Part shown: positions 1-8,347 of the stretch, piece by piece
Layout: every line of letters begins with the position of its first letter
Position numbering within the stretch: the stretch's first letter is position 1
Assembly: GCA_963843975.1 (NCBI GenBank)
Contig: CAWJMG010000003.1
Coordinates: 2,700,001 to 2,732,000, forward strand
Direction: 5' to 3'
Length of the DNA: 32,000 bases
Source of the DNA: an uncultured Actinomycetes bacterium
GTDB lineage: Bacteria > Actinomycetota > Actinomycetes > S36-B12 > CAIYMF01
Notes under the pieces: generated by a model
What the model was told of the DNA's origin: nothing
The model's database searches: none
The model's input: the letters and a program-made list of their open reading frames with translations, nothing else
Program-made: the position numbers and the translations under genes

Positions 1-504
1 CAGGTCGGGTATGTGGACTTCGACGGCGAACTGGTTCGCGGCTCGCTCGTCGCTCACCGGGATAGCGTCGTGGACCTCGCGGGGATCTTCACCGCGTTGT
101 TCGACGCCCGTTTCCCGATCGAGCGGATGGAGCCGGTCGAGCGGTACGGCGGCGACGTCGTGCGCAGCCTGCGGGCGAACAACACGTCGGCGTACAACTG
201 CCGCGAGCCTGGCCAGATCAACGCTCCGGTCACCGATTCTCCTCACGCCAGCGGTCGTGCCATCGACATCAACCCCGTGCAGAACCCGTGGAAGGACCCG
301 CGCTGCAACTGCTGGATGCCTCGCGCCACGTATGCGGAGGCGACGTCCGGGCCGGGGATCATCCGCAAGGGGAGCCCGCCGGTCCAGCTGTTCGAGGACC
401 TGGGCTGGGTGTGGCAGAACATCAAGGTGGCCGACTACATGCATTTCGACACGGGCTACCCGTCCCGGCCGCGCCCGTCGGCGTCCCCGACCGCCACCGG
501 CTGA
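1..504 (+). CDS. M15-family (VanY-like) zinc peptidase, 5' end outside window
   Basis: Frame 1 is open from base 1 (QVGYVDFDGE...; track ORF 13..504; stop TGA 502-504). SPHASGRAIDIN and ADYMHFD supply the His/Asp/His zinc ligands typical of peptidase family M15 (D-Ala-D-Ala carboxypeptidase fold). Strong GC3 bias. Confidence 0.8.
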   Translation, partial: QVGYVDFDGELVRGSLVAHRDSVVDLAGIFTALFDARFPIERMEPVERYGGDVVRSLRANNTSAYNCREPGQINAPVTDSPHASGRAIDINPVQNPWKDPRCNCWMPRATYAEATSGPGIIRKGSPPVQLFEDLGWVWQNIKVADYMHFDTGYPSRPRPSASPTATG

Positions 505-561
505 CCTGCGATGCCGCGGACGGCGGCCTGCGGGATGCTGTGACGGACCGAAGGAGGCCGC

Positions 562-1260
562 GTGGGTCTGGGCCGAGTGCTCGTGGTGGACGACGAACGT
601 CCGCTGGCGCGCATCGTGGGCAGCTACCTGGAGCGTGAGGGCTTCGACGTGTCGGTGGCCCACGACGGGCCTTCGGCTCTCGCCGCGGCGCGCCAGGACA
701 TGCCGATCCTCATCGTGCTCGATGTCATGCTCCCCGGCGCGGACGGGATCACCGTCTGCCAGCAGCTGCGCACGTTCACCGACGCCTACATCCTGATGCT
801 CACTGCGAGGGACGGCGAGAAGGACAAGGTCGCCGCGCTCTCGGCCGGAGCGGACGACTACCTCGTGAAGCCGTTCTCCTCCACTGAGCTGGTCGCCCGC
901 TGCCACGCCATGCTGCGTCGGCCCCGAATCCACATCCCCGCCTCCGCCGTCCAGCGGGAGGATCTCACCCTCGGCGACCTGGTGATGAGTACCCACTCCC
1001 GCAGCGTCAGCCTCGGCGGCGAGGCCGTCGACCTCACGCGCACCGAGTACGGCATCCTCGAGCTGCTGCTGCGCGCTGACGGGGGTGTCGTGACCCGCGA
1101 GGAGATCATCGAGGCCGTCCGCGGCGGCGAGTGGTTCGGGGACGCGCAGGTCGTCGACGCCCACGTCGCCCGGCTGCGCGCCAAGCTGGGTGACACCCCC
1201 GAGCAGCGTCGCTTCATCCTCACCGTCCGGGGAGTCGGCTATCGACGGGGCACGGGATGA
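562..1260 (+). CDS. OmpR/PhoB-family response regulator
   Basis: GTG start 4 nt after GAAGGAGG (550-557). Receiver domain (VLVVDDE, LDVMLPGADG, LTARD, DDYLVKPF) plus C-terminal winged helix (LTRTEYGILELLL...TVRGVGYR). Stop overlaps the next start (ATGA 1257-1260). Confidence 0.92.
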   Translation: MGLGRVLVVDDERPLARIVGSYLEREGFDVSVAHDGPSALAAARQDMPILIVLDVMLPGADGITVCQQLRTFTDAYILMLTARDGEKDKVAALSAGADDYLVKPFSSTELVARCHAMLRRPRIHIPASAVQREDLTLGDLVMSTHSRSVSLGGEAVDLTRTEYGILELLLRADGGVVTREEIIEAVRGGEWFGDAQVVDAHVARLRAKLGDTPEQRRFILTVRGVGYRRGTG

Positions 1261-2393
1261 CCGGCCGTCGACGGCTGCCCGGGCTCGGCCGCCGGGTCCT
1301 GGCCGCCCAGATGCAGGTCGCCCTCGTGAGCGCCGTCACCCTGGTGCTGGCCGTCGCGCTCGTCGCACCCCGCTTGTTCGCAGACCATCTGGCCGCAACC
1401 GGCGAGACCGACCCCGTCGTGCAAGGCCACGCGGAAGAGGCCTTCCGCAACGCGGGGGCGCTCGCGCTCGTAGCAGCTCTCGCGGTCGCCGTGCTGGCGG
1501 CCGCAGTCCTGTCCCGCCCACTCGGGCGACGCCTCGCCAGACCCATTGAGGAGCTGGCCGCTGAGGCCGACACGATCACCGCCGGCAGGTACTCCGTCGG
1601 ACTCCGCACCGACCCGTTCAGCGACGAGGTCGCGCGCCTGGGGACCAGCCTCCAGCGGATGGGCGACCGGCTCGCTGACACCGAACGCGCACGCAGCCAA
1701 CTGCTGTCCGACCTCGCCCACGAGATGCGCACCCCGTTGGCCACCCTGGAGCTCTACACCGAGGCCCTCGCCGACGACGTGGTCCCCCGGCAGGAGAGCG
1801 TGGCGACGATCCAGGCCCAGATCGGGCGGCTGCAGCGGCTCGCGGAGGACCTCCGGGATCTGACCCTCGTCCAGGAGCACGCGCTCACCCTGCACCGTAC
1901 GCCCGTCGATGTCGCCGATGTGGTCGCAGCGTCCTGCCTCGCCTTCGCCCCCGCCTACGCCGCAGCCGGCGTAACGCTCCGCGCGCGCACCGACACGGGG
2001 CCGATCGTCATCGACGCTGACGCGGTCCGGCTCTCCCAGGTCCTCGGGAACCTGCTGGACAACGCACTGCACCACACGCCTAAGGGTGGCGAGGCGGTGG
2101 TCTCCCTCGGCCGAGCGAGCGCCGACGTGATCGTCGAGGTGACCGACGACGGGGCCGGCATCGGCGCCGAGCACCTGCCGCTCATCTTCGACCGCTTCTA
2201 CCGCGCGGACCCCTCCCGCAACTCGGGCAGCGGCAGCGGCGGCAGCGGCCTTGGCCTCACCATCGCTCGCGCCCTCGCGGAGGCCCACGGTGGGACGCTC
2301 GAAGCACGATCGCACGGGGTCGGCACGGGAGCCACCTTCAGCCTCACGCTGCCCGGGCACCACGAGCCGCCAGATTCACCCGCGCGCCGCTAG
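1257..2393 (+). CDS. Sensor histidine kinase (HAMP-HisKA-HATPase)
   Basis: Two N-terminal hydrophobic segments. H-box LSDLAHEMRTPLATL, N-box LGNLLDNALHHT, G-boxes DDGAGI and GSGLGLTIA. Translationally coupled to the upstream regulator. Confidence 0.92.
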   Translation: MTGRRRLPGLGRRVLAAQMQVALVSAVTLVLAVALVAPRLFADHLAATGETDPVVQGHAEEAFRNAGALALVAALAVAVLAAAVLSRPLGRRLARPIEELAAEADTITAGRYSVGLRTDPFSDEVARLGTSLQRMGDRLADTERARSQLLSDLAHEMRTPLATLELYTEALADDVVPRQESVATIQAQIGRLQRLAEDLRDLTLVQEHALTLHRTPVDVADVVAASCLAFAPAYAAAGVTLRARTDTGPIVIDADAVRLSQVLGNLLDNALHHTPKGGEAVVSLGRASADVIVEVTDDGAGIGAEHLPLIFDRFYRADPSRNSGSGSGGSGLGLTIARALAEAHGGTLEARSHGVGTGATFSLTLPGHHEPPDSPARR

Positions 2394-2934
2394 AACGGCA
2401 GCGGCACACGGAAGCGCGTCGGTTGCGCCGTCCAGCTACGACGCCACGACTCAACAGCGGTGATCTGCTGACGCACCTGTGCCGCGATAGGCCATAGGAC
2501 CCTGCGCAATGCCCGCTCGCGCCTCGTCCATCCAGGTGCGGCACCCGGTCCTCGGCATTGCCCCGGTTGTACTGCGTTGTCCGTCCGATTGCGCCGCCCG
2601 GACCGAACTGCGTGCACAGGCTCCACGGGAGCTAACCACCGGGACTGCGCCGACACGACTTCACCGCCCGGTTACGACACGACTCGTCAGGCGCCGTGTG
2701 CGGGCGAAGGGCATCACCGGCCGCGGAGCGAAGTGTGCACACGTCACGGACCATGGCATGGGTGCCAGCGGCGAGCGGTGGCCGGACGGAAAGTGCTGCG
2801 GATGCCAGTCGTTCATCGGCGTGCACGTCAACGCGCACGAGGCGCATCTGAGTGCGGCGCGCGCGATGAGGCTCCCAGTCGATCGTGCGTGCTGAACTCG
2901 TGCCCAGGCGTCGGCATCACCTGAGGCTGCTAAC

Positions 2935-2950
2935 ATCGTCATATGACGAT
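2935..2950. promoter_or_regulatory. Perfect 16-bp palindrome ATCGTCATATGACGAT, candidate ArsR/SmtB operator
   Basis: Self-complementary over all 16 nt. It covers the ATG (2943) of the ArsR-family gene, and a second in-frame ATG follows at 2949. ArsR/SmtB repressors typically autoregulate through AT-rich inverted repeats at their own promoter. Confidence 0.5.
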
Positions 2951-3344
2951 GCAGCAGTCTACGGCCGGTATCCACGCGGAGACGATGCGTGTCGGGGCTG
3001 GCCCGGCGGCGGAGATGGAGTCGCTGGTAGCAGCGGCAAGCCTTTTCCGCGGGCTCGGGGATGTCTCTCGCCTCGCCATACTCGGCCACCTCATGCTGGG
3101 CGAGCACCGCGTCGTCGAACTCACCGAGCATCTCGGTCTCGCCCAGTCGACGGTTTCCGCGCACCTGCGCTGCCTGCTGGACTGCGGCATGGTTCAGATG
3201 CGAGCAGAGGGTCGCGCATCCATGTACTCCTTGGCAGTCGAGCCGGAGATGCTCGGCGTCCTGATGGCCGCGGAGCGACTGCTGGCCGCGACGGGGGATG
3301 CCGTCGTGCTGTGCCCCCGCTACGGCCAGGACGCGCCCCGGTGA
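2943..3344 (+). CDS. ArsR/SmtB-family metal-responsive transcriptional repressor
   Basis: Winged-HTH core SRLAILGHLMLGEHRVVELTEHLGLAQSTVSAHLRCLLDCGMV...YSL. Cys residues lie in LRCLLDCG and in the C-terminal VVLCPRYG. Stop overlaps the downstream GTG (GTGA 3341-3344). Confidence 0.85.
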   Translation: MTMQQSTAGIHAETMRVGAGPAAEMESLVAAASLFRGLGDVSRLAILGHLMLGEHRVVELTEHLGLAQSTVSAHLRCLLDCGMVQMRAEGRASMYSLAVEPEMLGVLMAAERLLAATGDAVVLCPRYGQDAPR

Positions 3345-4039
3345 GCGCCGTCGCGGGAGCCGCACGCCCCGCCCTGGCCGCCGAGCGTCGTGCACGGCTC
3401 GGGCGTCGCGCCCAGCTGCTCGCGGGTGTCTCGGTCGCGTACAACGGAGTCGAGGCCATCATCGCGATCGCCGCCGGGATGGCTGCGTCGTCGGTCGCGC
3501 TGATCGGTTTCGGTCTCGACTCGGTCGTGGAGATGTCATCTGCTGTCATCATCCTGTGGCAGTTCCGTCACCGGATCCCGGAAGCCCGCGAGCGCCAGGC
3601 CTTGCGGATGATCGCGATCTCGTTCTTCGCACTTGCCGGCTATGTGACGTTCGAGTCGCTGCGGTCCCTCGCCGACGGTGAGGCCGCTGAGCACTCGACC
3701 GTCGGCATCGTGCTTGCGGCGGTGTCCTTGATCGTGATGCCTGTCCTGTCCTGGGCGCAGCGCCGCACCGGCCGGCAGCTCGGATCGACGACGGTCGTCG
3801 CGGACTCCAAGCAGACCCTGCTGTGCACCTATCTGTCCGCCGTCCTCCTCCTCGGGCTGCTGCTGAACTCCGCCCTGGGCTGGTGGTGGGCGGACCCGCT
3901 CGTCGGTCTCGTCGTGGCGGGCCTTGCCGTGAAGGAAGGCCGCGATGCGTGGCGCGGCGACGCATGCGCCTGCGGACCCCTGCCCGCTGTCACTGACGCC
4001 GTGACCTGCAGTTGCGACGACGACCGATGCCAGTCATGA
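3341..4039 (+). CDS. Cation transporter (CDF-related membrane domain without cytoplasmic CTD), Cys-rich tail
   Basis: This is the last 233 codons of track ORF 2885..4039; the upstream part of that ORF overlaps arsR out of frame. Conserved strings: SVALIGFGLDSVVEMSSAVIILW, ADSKQTLLCTYLSAVLL, GWWWADPLVGLVVAGLAVKEGRDAWRG. The tail GDACACGPLPAVTDAVTCSCDDDRC has 6 Cys. Stop overlaps the next start (ATGA 4036-4039). Confidence 0.75.
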   Translation: MSAVAGAARPALAAERRARLGRRAQLLAGVSVAYNGVEAIIAIAAGMAASSVALIGFGLDSVVEMSSAVIILWQFRHRIPEARERQALRMIAISFFALAGYVTFESLRSLADGEAAEHSTVGIVLAAVSLIVMPVLSWAQRRTGRQLGSTTVVADSKQTLLCTYLSAVLLLGLLLNSALGWWWADPLVGLVVAGLAVKEGRDAWRGDACACGPLPAVTDAVTCSCDDDRCQS

Positions 4040-4959
4040 GCGGCCACGACCACACCCACGGCCCGTCGATCAGCGCCGGCGGCACGCACCGAAAGAGGCT
4101 GCTGATCGTCCTGGGCATCACCTCCACCGTGCTGGTCGCCGAACTCATCGGTGCCCGAGTCACCGGCAGCCTCGCGCTGCTCGCGGACGCCGGTCACATG
4201 TTCACCGACGTCGCCGGCATCCTGCTCGCGGTCCTGGCCGTCACATTCGCGTCGCGGCCACCGACGCCGGAGCGAACCTTCGGCTACTACCGGCTCGAGA
4301 TCCTCGCCGCGGTCGTCAACGCCGTGCTGCTCTTCGGCGTCGCCCTCTACATCTTGTGGGAAGCGTGGCAGCGGTGGAACGCCCCGCCCGAGGTCGAGGG
4401 CGGGCTGATGCTCGCCTTCGCCGCTGTGGGCCTGGTGGCCAACATCATCGGGCTGCTCGTCCTGCGCGACGGGGCGAAGGAGAGCCTGAACCTCAAGGGC
4501 GCCTACCTCGAGGTCCTCGGCGACATGCTCGGCTCGGTCGCCGTCATCATCGCCGCCGTCATCATCGCGACCACCGGATGGCTGCGTGCCGATGCCGTCG
4601 CGTCGGTCGCCGTCGCGCTCATGATCCTCCCCCGCACGTGGACACTGCTGCGCGAAGCCGTCGACGTCCTGCTGCAGGCGACGCCGAAGAACGTCGACCT
4701 GGCCGCGGTCCGCGAACACATCCTGGGCATCCCTGGCGTCACAGGCGCCCACGACCTGCACGCCTGGACCCTGACCTCGGGCCTGCCGGTCCTGTCTGTC
4801 CACGTGGTTGTCGCCGACGACGTGCTCGCAGACGGCGGTGCGGCGCGCATCCTCGACGACCTCGCCGACTGCCTCGACGATCACTTCGACGTCGAACACT
4901 GCACCTTCCAGCTCGAACCGTCCGGCCACGCCGAACACGAGTTCCACACCCACGCCTGA
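4036..4959 (+). CDS. Cation diffusion facilitator (CzcD/ZitB-like) divalent-metal efflux protein
   Basis: His-rich N-terminus MSGHDHTHG. TM2 motif LLADAGHMFTDV (HxxxD). TM5 motif reads AYLEVLGDMLGSV, so Glu sits where most Zn-CDFs have His. C-terminal domain GVTGAHDLHAWTLTSG...HCTFQLEP and His-rich end GHAEHEFHTHA. Start chosen at the ATGA overlap, not at track start 4012. Confidence 0.9.
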   Translation: MSGHDHTHGPSISAGGTHRKRLLIVLGITSTVLVAELIGARVTGSLALLADAGHMFTDVAGILLAVLAVTFASRPPTPERTFGYYRLEILAAVVNAVLLFGVALYILWEAWQRWNAPPEVEGGLMLAFAAVGLVANIIGLLVLRDGAKESLNLKGAYLEVLGDMLGSVAVIIAAVIIATTGWLRADAVASVAVALMILPRTWTLLREAVDVLLQATPKNVDLAAVREHILGIPGVTGAHDLHAWTLTSGLPVLSVHVVVADDVLADGGAARILDDLADCLDDHFDVEHCTFQLEPSGHAEHEFHTHA

Positions 4960-5086
4960 CGCGGAACCGACACACGACCATCGGAGATCCGCTGCCCGCC
5001 AACGGAACTCTCGACCGCTCTGCCACGTTGACCGCGGAAACGACACCGCAACGACCCACCCTGCCCTCCCACGAAAGGACCAGTCC

Positions 5087-5746
5087 GTGCCTGCCGACGA
5101 GAGCCGACAGACGACCAGCAAGAAGAAGAGCGCAGCGGAGAAGGTGGCCGAAATGCGCCGCGAGCAGGCGCGCAAGGAGCGACGGCGCGGCCTCGTGATC
5201 TGGGGATCGGTCAGCGGGGCAGTCATCGTTCTCGGCGGGGCAGTCGCATGGTCGCTCGCTGCAGATAGCTCTGCCAAGGACCTGGGTGCGGTGAAGTCAT
5301 TCACGGTGAAGCAGGGCCACGTCGACACGCCTGTTACGTACGAGCAGTCTCCGCCGACAGGGGGTGAGCACGCTCCCGCGTGGCTGAACTGCGGCGTGTA
5401 CGACGCTCCCGTGCCCAACGAGAACGCAGTCCACTCCCTGGAGCACGGAGCCGTCTGGGTGACGTACCGACCGGACCTCCCAGACGACCAGGTGAGCGCA
5501 CTCCAGGAGCTGCTGAGCGGCCCCTACGACGTGCTCTCGCCCTACCCCGGGCTCGAGGCCCCCGTGGTCGCGTCGGCCTGGGGGAAGCAGCTCACGCTGG
5601 ATGGCGCCGACGATGCACGGCTCCCTGCGTTCCTCAAGGCCTACCGCCAAGGTCCCCAGGCGCCCGAGCCCGGAGCGGCGTGCACTGGCGGCACCGACGG
5701 CACAACCACCGCTCCGTCGATGGATGCACCGGTGGCCGGTCCGTGA
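5087..5746 (+). CDS. DUF3105-domain membrane-anchored protein
   Basis: GTG 5087 follows GAAAGGAC. Lys/Arg-rich N-terminus, one TM (GLVIWGSVSGAVIVLGGAVAW), then YEQSPPTGGEHAP...HSLEHGAVWVTYRP, which is typical of DUF3105. The upstream part of track ORF 4808..5746 overlaps the CDF gene. Stop overlaps the next start (GTGA 5743-5746). Confidence 0.8.
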   Translation: MPADESRQTTSKKKSAAEKVAEMRREQARKERRRGLVIWGSVSGAVIVLGGAVAWSLAADSSAKDLGAVKSFTVKQGHVDTPVTYEQSPPTGGEHAPAWLNCGVYDAPVPNENAVHSLEHGAVWVTYRPDLPDDQVSALQELLSGPYDVLSPYPGLEAPVVASAWGKQLTLDGADDARLPAFLKAYRQGPQAPEPGAACTGGTDGTTTAPSMDAPVAGP

Positions 5747-6444
5747 GCAACCCGAGCGCCGAACTCGCTGTCGAGGAACTCCGCGACGAACCACCGCCGC
5801 GAGGGGGCAGGCATGTGTGGGTGCGTCTCGGACTCGGGGTGATCGCGGCGCTCGTGGTCGTCGTTGCCGGGCTGCTGATCGTCGGTCCCCGCCCTCCGTC
5901 GGACACCAGCGCGGAAGCAGGCTTCGCCCGGGACATGCAGGTACACCACTCGCAGGCCGTGGAAATGGCATTCCTGCTGCGCGACAGGACGGACGACCCC
6001 ACGATGCGCACGATCGCTTTCGACATCATCACCACCCAGCAGCAACAGATGGGGCAGATGTATGGCTGGCTGCGCATGTGGGGGCTGCCCCAGTCATCCT
6101 CACTGCCCGCCATGGCCTGGATGGTCGAAACTGGCGGTCACCGGGCAATGGGCATGGATGCCACAACCCCCACCGGCGGGATGACGCAAGCAGACATGCC
6201 GGGAATGGCGACGCGCGAACAGCTCGACGCGCTACGCAAGGCGGACGGACCCGATGCCGAGGTCCAATTCCTACGGCTCATGATCGAGCATCACCGAGGC
6301 GGCATCGCCATGGCTGAGACAGCACGAACCCTGGCCTCCGACGACAACGTACTCCTCCTCGCCGACGCGATCGCATCGTCGCAGGCCGCCGAGATCCAAC
6401 AGATGGAGCAGCTGCTGCAGGACCGCGGCGTGCGACCTGGGTGA
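5743..6444 (+). CDS. DUF305-domain protein (four-helix bundle, metal-resistance associated)
   Basis: One TM, then a duplicated DUF305 signature: FARDMQVHHSQAVEMA and FLRLMIEHHRGGIAMA, with a Met-rich linker (AMAWMVETGGHRAMGMDATTPTGGMTQADMPGM). Coupled to the DUF3105 gene. Confidence 0.85.
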   Translation: MSNPSAELAVEELRDEPPPRGGRHVWVRLGLGVIAALVVVVAGLLIVGPRPPSDTSAEAGFARDMQVHHSQAVEMAFLLRDRTDDPTMRTIAFDIITTQQQQMGQMYGWLRMWGLPQSSSLPAMAWMVETGGHRAMGMDATTPTGGMTQADMPGMATREQLDALRKADGPDAEVQFLRLMIEHHRGGIAMAETARTLASDDNVLLLADAIASSQAAEIQQMEQLLQDRGVRPG

Positions 6445-6857
6445 CGTCCTCGCAGCGCCCAGAGCATCCTCACCAAGGATGGCCCGAAGTTGCGGCAGTC
6501 GATACGTGTCGACGAGACACCGAGCAACGTGGCCGAGATGGACTCTCTGCACGGATCTTGCAACACACTGACCCTCGTCCCGCACCATTCAGTGGCCAGG
6601 TTCGGTCAGCGATCCGGTGACGGACGTGAGCACTTTCGACGCGGCGGGTACGAGAACTCCGATGGGATGCGTCTGCGACGTTTCAGCGAGGCGTCGTTCT
6701 TGGCCCGCCGCCTCGAGGAGGATCCGAAGGCCATGCAGCGCCCGGTACCAGTTCGACGGGTCCAGGTCGAGGTCGGGCGACAGGGATCGGTCGCGAGACA
6801 CGAAAGAGTGCGCGAGCCGGTTGCCGATGCTGCGGATCACGGCATCGACCAGCCGGG

Positions 6858-8347
6858 CGACCCGCTAGGAGTTCGCGGGATCACGTCCCGTCGAGTGATG
6901 CAACTCCGGGCCTGCCTTCTGAGCGTTGAGGGGCCATCGTGTGAGGCTTCGTGAGAACCGACGAAGGAACTCGCGAAGGGAACTACACACGATGGCCCTG
7001 TCCCAGTCTGCCCTGGTCGAAGTGTTGGACGCGTTGAAGGCCGGCGAGTCCGTGGAGATGATCCGCGGCGCCGTGCAGGTGATGTTGCAAGAGCTGATCG
7101 AGGCCGAGGCGACCGCGGTGATCGGTGCCGAGCGTCACGAGCGGACCGAGCGGACCGAGTCCAGGGTCGTGCAGCGCAACGGTCACCGTGACCGGGTGTT
7201 GTCCACGCGGACCGGGGACATCGAGCTGGCGATCCCGAAGCTGCGGGCCGGGTCGTTTTTCCCGTCGCTGCTCGAGCGGCGTCGCCGGATCGACCAGGCG
7301 CTGTTCGCGGTCGTGATGGAGGCCTATGTCACCGGCACCTCGGTGCGCAAGGTCGACGACCTGGTCAAGGCCCTGGGCGCCGACACCGGGATCTCCAAGT
7401 CCGAGGTTTCACGGATCTGCGCGGACCTCGACGTCGAGGTTGCGTCCTTCGCCGACCGGGACCTGGCGGGCACGGAGTTCCCCTACGTGTTCCTCGATGC
7501 GACGTACTGCAAGGCCCGCATCGGTGGCGGGAAGGGCGGCAAGGGCTCACGGGTGGCGTCGCAGGCCGTCGTGGTTGCCACCGGCGTGAGTGCTGACGGG
7601 AGACGGGAAGTCCTCGGCTTCGCCGTCGGTGACAGTGAGGACGGGGCGTTCTGGACCGCGTTCTTGCGCTCGCTGAAGGCCCGTGGGCTGAGCGGGACGC
7701 GACTGGTGATCTCCGATGCCCATGTCGGGCTCCGAGCCGCGATCAGCGCCGTGATGCTCGGTGCCTCGTGGCAGCGGTGCCGGGTTCACTTCCTGCGCAA
7801 CATCCTGGGCCAGGTCCCGAAAGGGTCCTCCGAGATGGTCGCCGCGGCGATCCGCACGATCTTCGCCCAGCCTGACGCCGAGCACGTCCGTGACCAGCTC
7901 GACGTCATCGCGACCATGCTCGGCCGGCAGTTCCCCAAGGTCGAGACGATGCTGCGCGAGGCCGCCGATGACATCACCGCGTTCGCGGGCTTCCCACCCG
8001 TGCACTGGAAGAAGATCTGGTCCACGAACCCGTTGGAGCGGGTGAACAAGGAGATCAAACGTCGCACCGACGTCGTCGGGGTCTTCCCGAACCCGACGGC
8101 GCTGCTGCGCCTGGCCGGCGCCGTCCTGATCGAGACCCACGACGAATGGCAGGTCTCGGACCGCCGCTACCTGTCCGAGAACTCGATGGCCCAGATCGGC
8201 GCCCTCGACACCGACTCGAGCAAGGAGGTGGCGGTCCCCGAACTCATGGCCTCATAGTTCAACCAGCGCCACCGCGAAGCCGATCACGACCGGCTCGAGT
8301 TACACCACGCGGTGGGACGTGACCCGGGACGCGCATGCGGGTTGCGA
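6858..8347 (+). mobile_element. IS256-family insertion sequence (about 1.49 kb)
   Basis: Imperfect terminal inverted repeats. Left: GGGATCACGTCCCGTCGAGTGATGCAACTC (6877-6906). Right: reverse complement of 8297-8325, GGGTCACGTCCCACCGCGTGGTGTAACTC. Weaker similarity extends out to CCCGC on both sides. Candidate 7-bp direct repeat AGCCGGG at 6851-6857 and 8348-8354. Exact ends are uncertain by a few nt. Confidence 0.75.
6992..8257 (+). CDS. IS256-family (mutator-type) transposase
   Basis: MALSQSALVEVLDALK...QELIEAEATAVIGAERHERTE...RNGHRDRVLSTRTGDIELAIPKLRAGSFFPSLLERRRRIDQAL...VFLDATYCKAR...VISDAHVGL...WQRCRVHFLRN...NPLERVNKEIKRRTDVVGVFPN is the canonical IS256/mutator layout. ATG 6992 preferred over track start 6926. 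Confidence 0.93.
   Translation: MALSQSALVEVLDALKAGESVEMIRGAVQVMLQELIEAEATAVIGAERHERTERTESRVVQRNGHRDRVLSTRTGDIELAIPKLRAGSFFPSLLERRRRIDQALFAVVMEAYVTGTSVRKVDDLVKALGADTGISKSEVSRICADLDVEVASFADRDLAGTEFPYVFLDATYCKARIGGGKGGKGSRVASQAVVVATGVSADGRREVLGFAVGDSEDGAFWTAFLRSLKARGLSGTRLVISDAHVGLRAAISAVMLGASWQRCRVHFLRNILGQVPKGSSEMVAAAIRTIFAQPDAEHVRDQLDVIATMLGRQFPKVETMLREAADDITAFAGFPPVHWKKIWSTNPLERVNKEIKRRTDVVGVFPNPTALLRLAGAVLIETHDEWQVSDRRYLSENSMAQIGALDTDSSKEVAVPELMAS

Noticed and set aside
2394-2934. Possible decayed gene between the first kinase and arsR (minus-strand ORFs 2390..2656, 2632..2847, and the tail of 2661..3395)
   Set aside because: Three different frames each give short stretches with only moderate GC3 and no motif I can name. 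This could be a frameshifted relic, but I cannot support a call.
2885-3340. N-terminal extensions of track ORFs (2885..3340, 4012..4035, 4808..5086, 5380..5742, 10118..10249, 11076..11141, 11675..12109, 26380..27135)
   Set aside because: Each extension overlaps the preceding well-supported gene out of frame and translates to Arg/Pro-rich sequence. In every case an internal ATG or GTG forming a 4-8 nt stop/start overlap gives a product that begins where family homology begins.
3829-5418. 529-codon ORF on the minus strand, the longest in this part of the track
   Set aside because: It runs antisense to the well-supported CDF and DUF3105 genes. The translation is Arg/Gly/Asp-rich with no recognisable motif. 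Long antisense ORFs are expected in 70% GC DNA because stop codons are rare.
6589-6840. 83-codon minus-strand ORF abutting the left end of the IS256 element (..IGNRLAHSFVSRDRSLSPDLDLDPSNWYRALHGLRILLEAAG..)
   Set aside because: Codon usage is reasonable, but I recognise no family. Joining the two IS flanks in silico does not extend it into a longer gene, because upstream it becomes Arg/Gly-rich. Left uncalled.
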